Of a stretch of 64,000 nt of DNA, positions 10,436-18,740 are shown in pieces (within the stretch, counting starts at the first letter, position 1; every line of letters starts with the position of its first letter). Below the pieces are notes generated by a model. It saw only the letters and a program-made list of their open reading frames with translations. It did no database searches and was not told the origin of the DNA. Location: the NCBI GenBank assembly GCA_963764495.1, contig CAVXSR010000005.1:74206-138205 (forward strand), in the 5' to 3' direction. The stretch is from Vicinamibacteria bacterium. Lineage in GTDB: Bacteria > Acidobacteriota > Vicinamibacteria > Vicinamibacterales > JAENWD01. Position numbers and translations under genes: made by a program.

Positions 10436-10978
10436 CAGTGGCGCTGGTGTCGGGGGTGGGGGCTGCGGCGCCGGTTGTTGCTGCGCGGCGGCTTCTCTGC
10501 GGCGGAACAGGCGATCGATCAGGCTCGGCGCGCTCTGCGCAGGACTCCACCCCAGTCGCAGCACATTCAGGCGTACGCTGGCGCGGCCGAAGCGCAGCGC
10601 CTCGTGGCAGCTCCACATATAGAGATCCACGTGCCGGCCCTGCACCCGCGGCCCCGTGTCCATCACGGTGTAGACGCCGTCATAGTGCGACCCCGGCGCG
10701 TCCACTTCGAGGACCGATCCCACGGGCAGCAGGTCCGGGTCGGCGGCCGCAATGCCGGACCGCACGTTCACGCCCGACGCCGTCGTGCTGCCCTTGCAGT
10801 AGGCGGTCGCAGAGAAGAGCAGGCGGGAGCCCGGCTTCGGCGGCGGCTGCGGATCGACTTCGCTCTGCTTCGCGGCGAAGCGGGAATCCAATATCGTTTC
10901 CTCATACAGCCACACCAAGCCCCCGACGACGAAGAGCGTCGCCAGGGCTTTGCGCCAGTGGGAGTTTGCGAGGATCAC
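10430..10978 (-). CDS. 3D-domain (MltA/RlpA-like double-psi barrel) protein with N-terminal TM anchor and Pro-rich tail
   Basis: It contains ..FSATAYCKGSTTASGVNVRSGIAAADPDLLPVGSVLEV..GVYTVMDTGPRVQGRHVDLYM.. . The stop codon lies in repeat terminus CCCTACTG. Confidence 0.65.
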   Translation of the reverse strand: MILANSHWRKALATLFVVGGLVWLYEETILDSRFAAKQSEVDPQPPPKPGSRLLFSATAYCKGSTTASGVNVRSGIAAADPDLLPVGSVLEVDAPGSHYDGVYTVMDTGPRVQGRHVDLYMWSCHEALRFGRASVRLNVLRLGWSPAQSAPSLIDRLFRRREAAAQQQPAPQPPPPTPAPLQ

Positions 10979-10983
10979 AAATC

Positions 10984-11095
10984 GCGGGGCTAAAGCCCCG
11001 CCTCCACGTTGACGGCCGGGCTAAAGCCCGCCTCCATTGAGGGCCGGGCTAAAGCCCAGCCTCCGCATCGACGACAGACTGAAGCCCCACCTCAC
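10984..11095. repeat. tandem array of four family A units (GGGCTAAAGCCC-GCCTCCAC type)
   Basis: Units start at about 10984, 11015, 11043 and 11075, with progressive degeneration. Confidence 0.75.
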
Positions 11096-11104
11096 ACATT
11101 GTGC

Positions 11105-12136
11105 TTACGAGGCGAAGTGCTCGTAGCCGCCGCTCACGGACTGGCGTCGGCCGTCGCCGTGGATGATATCCACGCCAGGCGTCCGCGTCACGGTGCCGAT
11201 ACGGGTGAGAGCAAGTCCTGTGACGAGACGCGAAACGGCCTTCAGCCGCCCCATCCGGCGAGGATGGACGGTGAACAACAGCTCGTAATCGTCGCCGCCC
11301 GCGACGGCTTCCTGCACCGCGTCGCGGTTCTCACGGCGCCAGTAACTGCGCGCGTCCTCGTCCATCGGGATCGCCGCGGCCTCGATCTCGAACCCGACGC
11401 CAGACGCCGCCGCCAGCTGGTGAAGGCCATCGGCAAGGCCATCGCTCAAGTCGATTGCTGACGTTGCGGCCTGACGCCGACCCAGTTGCTGGCCAAGCCG
11501 CAGCCGAGCCTCAGGCTGCAGGTAGCGTGCCACCAGGCCGGACGCCCGCCCTTCATCACCCGCGTCGTGTGCACGCAGCTGCGCCAGGCCCGCGCGCGCA
11601 TCTCCGAGGGTTCCGCTGACGAAGACGTAATCGCCGCGACGCGCCCCGGCACGCGTCAGCACGCGCCGCCGCGACACCGATCCCACCGCGGTCACGTCGA
11701 CGACGAGCGGCCCCGCGGTCGCGGTGATGTTGCCACCGACGATGCGGACACGCGCGCGCTCTGCGAGCGCAAGAAGACCGTCCACAATTTGCTCGAAATG
11801 GTGCAGCCTCAGCGTCTGGGGCAACGCCATCGAGATCGTCGCCAGCCGCGGCTCCGCACCCATCGCCGCAAGGTCGCTGAGATTCACGGCGAGGGCACGA
11901 TGCCCGATTGCCGCCGGCGGTGTGAACGAGCGATCGAAGTGAACGCCTTCGACGATGGCGTCCGTCGTGATGACTTCGAGCGCGTTGCGCTGCGGCTCGT
12001 AGACGGCGGCATCGTCGCCTACGTCCACGATCAGCCAGTCGGGCGCGGGCGTCAGCCTGGCGCGGATGTAGCGGATCAGCGCGTGTTCGCCCACCGTCGC
12101 AATGGTCGCCTCGGGCGCCAGTTCCTCACTTGGCAT
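11105..12136 (-). CDS. thiL: thiamine-monophosphate kinase
   Basis: It contains GEHALIRYI..VDVGDDAAVY..TTDAIVEGVHF..LAVNLSDLAAMGA and shows the AIR-synthase-like fold pattern. Confidence 0.85.
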   Translation of the reverse strand: MPSEELAPEATIATVGEHALIRYIRARLTPAPDWLIVDVGDDAAVYEPQRNALEVITTDAIVEGVHFDRSFTPPAAIGHRALAVNLSDLAAMGAEPRLATISMALPQTLRLHHFEQIVDGLLALAERARVRIVGGNITATAGPLVVDVTAVGSVSRRRVLTRAGARRGDYVFVSGTLGDARAGLAQLRAHDAGDEGRASGLVARYLQPEARLRLGQQLGRRQAATSAIDLSDGLADGLHQLAAASGVGFEIEAAAIPMDEDARSYWRRENRDAVQEAVAGGDDYELLFTVHPRRMGRLKAVSRLVTGLALTRIGTVTRTPGVDIIHGDGRRQSVSGGYEHFAS

Positions 12137-13703
12137 AGTCGACGGCGCGCGTCTCGCGGATCACGGTGACCTTGATCTGTCCCGGGTACTCGAGCTCGCT
12201 CTCGATCCGCCGCGCGATGTCGCGCGACAGCCAGACCGCTTCATCGTCGCTGATCTTCTCGCTCTCGACCATGATGCGGATTTCCCGGCCGGCCTGCAGC
12301 GCGAACGACTTCGACACGCCCTTGAAGGAGTCGGCGATCTGCTCCAGCTTCTCCAGCCGCTTGACGTAGGTTTCGAGCAGATCGCGACGGGCGCCGGGAC
12401 GCGCTGCGGAGATCGCGTCGGCGGCCTGCACCACCATCGCCTCGAGCGACGGCCAGTCGATGTCCATGTGATGCGCGGCGACGGCCTGCAGCACCGGCTC
12501 CGACTCGCCGTGCTTGCGGAGAAAATCGAGGCCAAGCTCGAGGTGCGATCCCTGGAGATCGCGATCGATCGCCTTGCCGATGTCATGAAGGAAGGCGGCG
12601 CGAATCGCGACGTGCGCGCCGAGCCCGAGCTCGCGCGCCATCACGCCGGCCAGGAACGCTACTTCCTTCGAGTGGTTCAGGATGTTCTGCCCATAGCTCG
12701 TACGGAACTGCAGGCGGCCCATCAGCGTGAGCACCTCGGGATGCAGGTCGTGCAGTCCAAGCTCGAAGGCGGCGGCCTCGCCATCCTTGCGGACGGCTTC
12801 GTCCATGTCCCCGCGCACTTTCTCAACGACCTCCTCAATCCGCGCCGGGTGGATGCGGCCATCCGCGATCAGGCGCTCGATCGTGCGCCGCGCCACTTCG
12901 CGCCGCAGCGGATCGAATCCCGACAGGATGATCGCGCCAGGCGTGTCGTCGATGATCAGGTCGACGCCGGTCGCGAGCTCGAGGGCGCGGATGTTGCGGC
13001 CCTCGCGCCCGATCAGGCGCCCCTTCATGTCGTCGCTCGGCAGATCGACGACGGTCACCGTCGTTTCGATGGCGTGATCGGCCGCGCTGCGCTGGATCGC
13101 CTGGGTGACGATGGCGCGCGCGCGGTCGGCGGCCTGCTCGCGCGCGTCGGTCTCAATCCGCTTCACCAGGCTGGCGGCGTCGCGCCGCGCCTCCGACTCG
13201 ATCTGCTTCATCAGCAGGTCGCGCGCCTCGTCGCTGGTGAGGCCGGCGAGCCGCTCGAGATCCTTCCGCTGGCGAGCGACCAGCTCCTCGTACCGCGCCG
13301 CGCTCGTCGCCACCGCCTGCTCGCGCGTGTTCAGCGCCTGCTCACGGCGTCCCAGCGCACGGTCGCGCTCCTCGAGCGACAGCTGCTGCTCGACGAGCCC
13401 CGACTCCCGCTTCACCAGGATCTGCTCGATGCCGGCGATTTGCTGCCGGTGATCGCGGGCGTACTGCTCGGCCTCGACGCGCAGCTCGTGGGCGCGCTCC
13501 TTGGCCTCGAGCTGCGCTTCTTTGCGCCGCGTGTCGTTCTCGCGCTCGGCATCGCGCAGGATGCGCGACGCGTGTTCTTCCGCGCGGCCGATGGTCTCAG
13601 CGGCGAGGCGCTTCCGGTTGGCGAGCCAGTAGCCGAAGACGGCCGCCGCGGCGGCGAACGCGATGACGAGATCGAGGGCGTAGTTCAGGATTTGGCCCGC
13701 CAC
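12126..13703 (-). CDS. rny: ribonuclease Y
   Basis: It has an N-terminal TM helix, a long coiled coil, a KH domain (..GRLIGREGRNIRALE..) and an HD domain (..FLHDIGKA..). Confidence 0.9.
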   Translation of the reverse strand: MAGQILNYALDLVIAFAAAAAVFGYWLANRKRLAAETIGRAEEHASRILRDAERENDTRRKEAQLEAKERAHELRVEAEQYARDHRQQIAGIEQILVKRESGLVEQQLSLEERDRALGRREQALNTREQAVATSAARYEELVARQRKDLERLAGLTSDEARDLLMKQIESEARRDAASLVKRIETDAREQAADRARAIVTQAIQRSAADHAIETTVTVVDLPSDDMKGRLIGREGRNIRALELATGVDLIIDDTPGAIILSGFDPLRREVARRTIERLIADGRIHPARIEEVVEKVRGDMDEAVRKDGEAAAFELGLHDLHPEVLTLMGRLQFRTSYGQNILNHSKEVAFLAGVMARELGLGAHVAIRAAFLHDIGKAIDRDLQGSHLELGLDFLRKHGESEPVLQAVAAHHMDIDWPSLEAMVVQAADAISAARPGARRDLLETYVKRLEKLEQIADSFKGVSKSFALQAGREIRIMVESEKISDDEAVWLSRDIARRIESELEYPGQIKVTVIRETRAVDYAK

Positions 13704-13799
13704 GAGAGTCCTCTCTGCGCACGGGCCCTCGGCGGGGGCCTGCTTTCGGGAAAGGCGCCGGCCGTAACCGGTGCCCGTGCAAGCCGCCTGTCGGCTGAG

Positions 13800-14003
13800 A
13801 GCAGGAGATGGCCCCGGCGTGCCGTGTGGGGAGGTCGTTTGAACCTGCGAAAGCAGGTGGAACCGCTGTTTGAAAACCGCCCGTCAGGCTTCCTCGCGGC
13901 GGAGGCGTGCACACGGGGCGGCGTCGCGATTCACTTGGGTCTAGCGTTGGCTCAAGCGACTCTCCTGAGCCATCACGAGCACCCCAGGGCCGTTCCTATT
14001 CTA
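13800..14003 (-). ncRNA. ssrS: candidate 6S RNA
   Basis: It lies in a 375 bp ORF-free gap directly downstream of zapA on the same strand, which is the E. coli zapA-ssrS arrangement. A closing stem pairs GGCCCUGGGGUG (13991-13980) with CACGCCGGGGCC (13821-13810), giving a 182 nt core. A second stem pairs GGAGAGUCG with CGACCUCC. A hairpin ACCUGC-UUUC-GCAGGU (13858-13843) followed by UCAAA resembles the 3' bubble hairpin of E. coli 6S. Confidence 0.5.
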
Positions 14004-14037
14004 TCGGATCGTCACCGGGCCGAGTTCAGTCCGTGCG

Positions 14038-14057
14038 GGCGGACCTTCAGGTCCGCC
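14038..14057. repeat. family A hairpin just downstream of zapA
   Basis: The hairpin is ggcggaccTTCAggtccgcc. Confidence 0.8.
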
Positions 14058-14078
14058 GCCAATCATGTCAGCCTGAAG

Positions 14079-14390
14079 CTAACGTAAACGCGGTTCGCCG
14101 GCCAGCACCGAGTCCAGCAACCGTTCGAGCTCGCCGGCCCGGGCCGCGATCGCCATCGTGCGGCCGTCGCGCTCGGCCCGGTGCCGGAAGATTTCGTCCG
14201 CCAGGTTGAGGGCGGCCAGGACCGCGACTCTGAGCGAATCGGTGGTGTTGTTCGCGTCCGACGCGATCCGCATTTTCTCGTCGACGTAGGCGGCGAGCTC
14301 CGCGACGTAACTCGGTTCGAGCGTGCTGCGAACAGGGTACCGCTGTCCCTGTATGACGACCGGAACGATGCGCTCGGTGTCTTCCGCCAC
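14079..14390 (-). CDS. zapA: cell division protein ZapA
   Basis: The protein begins (GTG)AEDTERIVPVVIQGQRYPVRSTLEPSYVAELAAYVDEKMR.. and has a typical ZapA length and pattern. Confidence 0.8.
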   Translation of the reverse strand: MAEDTERIVPVVIQGQRYPVRSTLEPSYVAELAAYVDEKMRIASDANNTTDSLRVAVLAALNLADEIFRHRAERDGRTMAIAARAGELERLLDSVLAGEPRLR

Positions 14391-14393
14391 GTG

Positions 14394-14669
14394 CTACAGC
14401 GTCAGCCCTTCGAGCTGTTCGAGCATCGTTGCGACACGGGCGCGGACCAGGTCGCGCTCCTCGCGCAGCGCCAGCATCTCGCCGCTGGCCGATTCGGCCT
14501 CCGAGATCTGCGCGTGCGCCATCTCGAGCTCGCGGGCGAGACGGGCGTTGTCTTCGGCGAGCCGGCCGGCATCCGCCTTCAGCCGCTCGATCATGTTCAC
14601 CAGCAATTTGACCTTCTCCTCCAGCCGATCGATTGGCTCGAGCTCGACGGTCCGTCCGGTCTTTACCAT
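14394..14669 (-). CDS. small coiled-coil protein, ZapB-like cell-division factor
   Basis: I start it at MVKTGRTVELEPIDRLEEKVKLLVNMIERLKAD.., preceded by a GAGG SD. The rest of ORF 14394..14795 upstream of this start is repeat sequence. It ends 4 nt before zapA. Confidence 0.55.
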   Translation of the reverse strand: MVKTGRTVELEPIDRLEEKVKLLVNMIERLKADAGRLAEDNARLARELEMAHAQISEAESASGEMLALREERDLVRARVATMLEQLEGLTL

Positions 14670-14711
14670 CGCATACCTCAGATTTCGGAATCTATGAATG
14701 AATGCCTGGCT

Positions 14712-14790
14712 GTACGTAGGCCCGAGCTTTAGCTCGGGCATCAACGATCCGCCCTTCGGCTTGCCCAAGCTAAAGCGTGGGCCTACGTGC
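14712..14790. repeat. family A MITE-like composite (GTACGTAGGCCC..GGGCCTACGTGC)
   Basis: It has the same two hairpins and termini as 1167-1240, with a different 21 nt linker. Confidence 0.85.
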
Positions 14791-14797
14791 ATCAAAC

Positions 14798-16912
14798 TTA
14801 ACGCCGCACCGCGCCGTGTGCGTCCGCGAGCGCGGAGACCACTGTGTCCATCGCGGCGTCGACCTCGGCGTCGGTCAGCGTGCGATCGGGCGCCTGGAAG
14901 GTCAGGCGATACGAGAGGCTGACGCGCCCCTCGGGCACGCCCTTGCCCACGTACCGATCGAATTCCGCCAGCCGCACCAGCGTCGCCGGCGCCACCGACC
15001 GAATCGTGCCACGAACGTCGGCGGCGGGCAAGACGTCAGCGACGAGAATCGACAGGTCGCGCACGATTGCGGGGAAGCGCGGCAGCGCGTGTGTGGTCGC
15101 GACGTCCAGCATCGTGACGAGATCGGTGACGGCGTCGAGGTCGAGCTCGGCGAGATACACCTCGTCCTGGCTCGGGATGTCGCGTGACGCGGCAAGCGCA
15201 GGCAGGAGCTGGCCGACGACACCGAACACGCGGGTGGAACCATCGCCCGCATCGGCGAGGATCTCCGCCGTCCGTCCCGGCGACAGGAACGGTCGCGTCG
15301 CCGGCTGGGCCGACAACGTCAACCCCATCGCGGCGCCAAGTTCCTCCACGATGCCTTTCAGGTCGAAGAAGTCGACCGTCCGGGTCCGCTCGCTCCAGTG
15401 CTCGGCGTGGCCGGCGCCGAGCCAGCCCAGGGCGAGCGTGCGCCGCTCGCCGCTCGATTGCAGGAACCGCGTGCCGAGCTCGAACAGGCGGACGTCGCGC
15501 TGACCGTGGCGGCGGTTGTGGCTCAGCGAGTCCACGATGCCGGGCAGGAGCGAAGGCCGCAGCACGGCGAAGGTTTCCGAGAGCGGGTTGGCGATCGCGA
15601 CGCCCTCGCCGGGCTCGCCGAATTCGTCGGCCGACCGCTCGCCGATGAACGAGAACGTCACGCACTCGTTGAAGCCGGCGGCCGTCGCCAGCCGGCGCAG
15701 CGCGCGGTTCTGCTCGAGTCGCTCGTCGGGTCGGGCCGGCGCCTTCAGCACGGGCGGGAACGTCGTCGGCAGCCGGTCGTAGCCGTAGTGGCGGGCAATC
15801 TCTTCGATCAGATCGACGTCGCGGGAGACGTCGATGCGCCATGAGGGCACCGAGACGAGCCAGCTCGAGGGCCCCTGTTCGGCGACCAGGAACCCGAGGC
15901 CGCGAAGAATGCGGCGGATTTCGTCGAGCGCCACCGGCGCGCCGAGGACGTGCGCCGCTCGGTCCGGGTCGAACCGCACAATCGTCGGCGGCCGGACGGC
16001 CGGGCACGCGTCGATCCATCCGGCGCGGATGGTGCCGGCGCCGATCTGCGTAATCAGCGCGCACGCGCGCGCGAGGGCCTCCGAGGCGGCGGCGAAGTCG
16101 GCGCCGCGCTCGAAGCGATACGACGCTTCGGTCGAGAGGCCGAGGCGCTTCGAGGTGCGGCGAATCGACGACGGGAGGAACCAGGCGCTCTCGATCGCGA
16201 TCGTCCTGGTCGCCGCGGACACCTCGCTGTCCCCGCCACCCATGACGCCGGCCAGCGCCTGGGCGCGCGACTTGTCGGCGATCACAAGCATCTCGGGGTC
16301 CAGCGTGCGCTTCTGGCCGTCGAGGGTGGTCAGCGCTTCGCCGGGTCGCGCCGTGCGGATTCGGAGCTCGGAGCCGTCGAGCCTGGCGAGATCGAAGGCG
16401 TGAAGCGGATGCCCGAGCTCGAGCAGCACGTAGTTCGTGATGTCGACGATGTTGCTGATCGAGCGGACGCCGGCGGCGGTCAGGCGCTCGGCGAGCCAGG
16501 TGGGAGACGGGCCGATGGTGACGTCCGCCAGCGCCACGCAGTAGCGCGGGCAGCGGACGGGGTCCTCGATGGTGACAGTCAGCGGGCCCGCTTTCGTCGG
16601 GTCAGGCGCGCCGAGGTCCGCGACCGCGGGCGAACGCAGCGTCGTCCCGTACTTCGTCGCCACCTCGCGCGCGATCCCGATGATGCTGAGACAGTCGGGT
16701 CGATTCGCGGTGATCTCGAAGTCAATTACCGCATCAGGTACGTCGAAATCCGTACCATTGGGGACAGGCACCAAGCCCGGTGGGGCTTCGTACCTGTCCC
16801 CAACCTCGACGGAGGCGACCTCGAAGCCGGCCATGTGGAGATCCTGGGCCAGCGTCGCGATGTCGACCGGGATCTCGACGAGCTCGCGCAGCCACGAGAC
16901 GAGGACCTTCAC
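14798..16912 (-). CDS. pheT: phenylalanine--tRNA ligase beta subunit (short form lacking the N-terminal OB/tRNA-binding domain)
   Basis: GTG 16912 overlaps the pheS TGA (GTGA). The protein begins VKVLVSWLRELVEIPVDIATLAQDLHMAGFEVASVEV and contains ..ITANRPDCLSIIGIAREVA.. . The 902 aa ORF in the track is read-through into pheS. Confidence 0.85.
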   Translation of the reverse strand: MKVLVSWLRELVEIPVDIATLAQDLHMAGFEVASVEVGDRYEAPPGLVPVPNGTDFDVPDAVIDFEITANRPDCLSIIGIAREVATKYGTTLRSPAVADLGAPDPTKAGPLTVTIEDPVRCPRYCVALADVTIGPSPTWLAERLTAAGVRSISNIVDITNYVLLELGHPLHAFDLARLDGSELRIRTARPGEALTTLDGQKRTLDPEMLVIADKSRAQALAGVMGGGDSEVSAATRTIAIESAWFLPSSIRRTSKRLGLSTEASYRFERGADFAAASEALARACALITQIGAGTIRAGWIDACPAVRPPTIVRFDPDRAAHVLGAPVALDEIRRILRGLGFLVAEQGPSSWLVSVPSWRIDVSRDVDLIEEIARHYGYDRLPTTFPPVLKAPARPDERLEQNRALRRLATAAGFNECVTFSFIGERSADEFGEPGEGVAIANPLSETFAVLRPSLLPGIVDSLSHNRRHGQRDVRLFELGTRFLQSSGERRTLALGWLGAGHAEHWSERTRTVDFFDLKGIVEELGAAMGLTLSAQPATRPFLSPGRTAEILADAGDGSTRVFGVVGQLLPALAASRDIPSQDEVYLAELDLDAVTDLVTMLDVATTHALPRFPAIVRDLSILVADVLPAADVRGTIRSVAPATLVRLAEFDRYVGKGVPEGRVSLSYRLTFQAPDRTLTDAEVDAAMDTVVSALADAHGAVRR

Positions 16913-17994
16913 AGCGAGAACTGCTCCAGGAAGCGAAGGTCGTTCTCGTAGAACAGCCGAATGTCCTCGACGCCGTACATCAGCAGCGCGAGCCGCTCGA
17001 TGCCGACGCCGAACGCGAAGCCGGTGATCCGCACCGGGTCGTAGCCGACGGCCTCGAACACCGCGGGATGGACCATGCCGCTGCCGAGGACCTCGATGAA
17101 CCCGGTGCGCTTGCACATCGCGCAGCCGCTGCCCCTGCACTGCTGGCAGCCGATGAAGACGTCGGCGCTCGGTTCGGTGTAGGGGAAGAAGCTGGGACGA
17201 AAGACGACGGGCGTGTCGGCCGTGAACAGCTCGCGCAGGAAGCCGATGATCGTCCCCTTCAGGTCGGCCAACGTGACCCCTTCGCCGACGACGAGCCCTT
17301 CGACCTGCTGGAACATGGGGGTATGGGTGAGGTCGAGGTTGTCGCGGCGATAAACGCGGCCGGGCGCGATGATGCGCACGGGCGGCTCGTGGGTCTCCAT
17401 GTAGCGGATCTGCATCGCCGACGTGTGCGTGCGCAGGAGCGTGGCAGGCTTTTCTCGCGGGGCTGAAGCCCCGCCGCCACTTGCAGTCTGTGCCGGCCGC
17501 GACCACGGCTGCTTCAGGTACAGCGTGTCCTGCATGTCGCGCGCAGGATGCTCCGGCGGCATGTTGAGCGCTTCGAAGTTGTGCCAGTCGTCTTCGGTTT
17601 CCGGGCCGTCGAGGATCTCGTACCCCTGCCTGGCGAAGATGTCTTCGATGCGCGTGCGGAGGGCCGTCAGCGGATGCATCCGCCCGATCGCCGGCCGACG
17701 TCCCGGGAGGGTGACATCCACCGATCCCATCGGCGCGCGCGACGCTTCGAGCGCCGCGCGTTTCTCGTCGAGCGCGGTCTCGATCTCGCGCTTCAGCTCG
17801 TTGGCTTGGCGCCCGAGGATCGGGCGCTCGTCAGCCGGGACGCCGGCGACCTCCTTGAGGAGCGCTGCGACGGCCCCGCCTTTACGACCGAGATAGCGAT
17901 CCCTCAGGACCTTCACATCGGCGTCAGATCTGGCCGTTGCGAGCTCGCCGGCAAACTGCGCTCGCAGCTGTTCGACAGGAGAGGAAGGAGACAC
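16909..17994 (-). CDS. pheS: phenylalanine--tRNA ligase alpha subunit
   Basis: It contains ..MPPEHPARDMQDT..LLRTHTSAMQIRYM..FRPSFFPYTEPS.. and uses a GTG start. A hairpin repeat is embedded in-frame at 17457-17490. Confidence 0.9.
   Translation of the reverse strand: MSPSSPVEQLRAQFAGELATARSDADVKVLRDRYLGRKGGAVAALLKEVAGVPADERPILGRQANELKREIETALDEKRAALEASRAPMGSVDVTLPGRRPAIGRMHPLTALRTRIEDIFARQGYEILDGPETEDDWHNFEALNMPPEHPARDMQDTLYLKQPWSRPAQTASGGGASAPREKPATLLRTHTSAMQIRYMETHEPPVRIIAPGRVYRRDNLDLTHTPMFQQVEGLVVGEGVTLADLKGTIIGFLRELFTADTPVVFRPSFFPYTEPSADVFIGCQQCRGSGCAMCKRTGFIEVLGSGMVHPAVFEAVGYDPVRITGFAFGVGIERLALLMYGVEDIRLFYENDLRFLEQFSL
17457..17490. repeat. family A hairpin plus terminus remnant embedded in pheS
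   Basis: The sequence is gcggggcTGAAgccccgc followed by cgccacttgcagtctg (compare ..ctactgcagtctg at 7498). It encodes ..AQTASGGGASAPRE.. . Confidence 0.7.
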
Positions 17995-17999
17995 GATGC

Positions 18000-18178
18000 A
18001 GTGCTAAGTGCCGAGTGCTAAGTGCTAAGTGGAGTGGGAAGTGGAAAGTGCAGAGTGATGGGTTCTACTTCCGGACGGGCGCAAGGGTCACGACGGGGGC
18101 AAGTCGTAGGACCAACCCCCCACTTGTCACTGTTCAGTCTCAACTCCACTTGGCACTTTGCACTTAGCACTTGGCACT
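18000..18178. repeat. family C long hairpin (arms of AGTGCNA heptamers), copy 1
   Basis: The left arm reads agtgcta agtgccg agtgcta agtgcta agtggag.. and the right arm reads ..ccacttggcactttgcacttagcacttggcact. It fills the whole rplT-pheS spacer. Confidence 0.85.
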
Positions 18179-18181
18179 GCT

Positions 18182-18544
18182 TCAGTGGGCCGCGGCCGTG
18201 TCTCTAATCTGCGCGGCCAGCTTGCCGAATGCGGCCGCGTCGCGGGCAGCGATCTCGGCGAGCGCCTTGCGGTCGAGGGCGATGCCGGCGCGCTTCAGGC
18301 CGGCGATCAGATCGCGATAGGTCAGGCCATGCTCGCGCGCGGCGGCGTTGATGCGGACGATCCACAGGCGGCGGAAGTCGCGCTTCTTGTTGCGGCGGCC
18401 GACGAAGGCATACTTGAGCGCCGTGTCGCCCGACTCTTTGGCCGCGCGGTACAGCTTGCTCTTGTTGCCGAACATTCCTTTCGTCCGCGCCAGCAGCTTC
18501 TTCCGCTTCGCCCGACGAACCGTTCCACGCTTGACTCTAGGCAT
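18182..18544 (-). CDS. rplT: 50S ribosomal protein L20
   Basis: The protein begins MPRVKRGTVRRAKRKKLLARTKGMFGNKSKLYRAAKE.. . Confidence 0.95.
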   Translation of the reverse strand: MPRVKRGTVRRAKRKKLLARTKGMFGNKSKLYRAAKESGDTALKYAFVGRRNKKRDFRRLWIVRINAAAREHGLTYRDLIAGLKRAGIALDRKALAEIAARDAAAFGKLAAQIRDTAAAH

Positions 18545-18561
18545 TGCCTGCTCCCAATTCG

Positions 18562-18723
18562 ACCGAGCTAAAAGCTCGGTCCTACGTACGCTCTTCGTAG
18601 CCCCACGTCGTCTGCAGTAGGGCCCGACTTCCGCCTTCGCCGAGGCTTCGGCGGACCGCCGTAGCTTTAGCGGAGGCTGGTCAGTCGGGCCGGCACTGGC
18701 TGCACTAAAGTGCGGCCCTACTG
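18562..18723. repeat. family A cluster; the dimer at 18615-18723 carries a 51 nt nested insert in a hairpin loop
   Basis: The structure is ggcccgacTT[18631-18681 insert]CAgtcgggcc. It lies between rplT and rpmI. Confidence 0.85.
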
Positions 18724-18740
18724 CGGTCTGTCGCTATCCG

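Noticed and set aside
10984-11095. CRISPR-like appearance of evenly spaced ~24 nt repeats
   Set aside because: The gaps between units are only ~4-8 nt and are not unique spacers. The units are family A hairpins found all over the window, and no cas genes or leader are present.
14798-17506. A single 902 aa ORF suggesting a giant PheT
   Set aside because: Its N-terminal ~200 aa are an out-of-frame read through pheS. PheT homology begins at GTG 16912, which overlaps the pheS stop.
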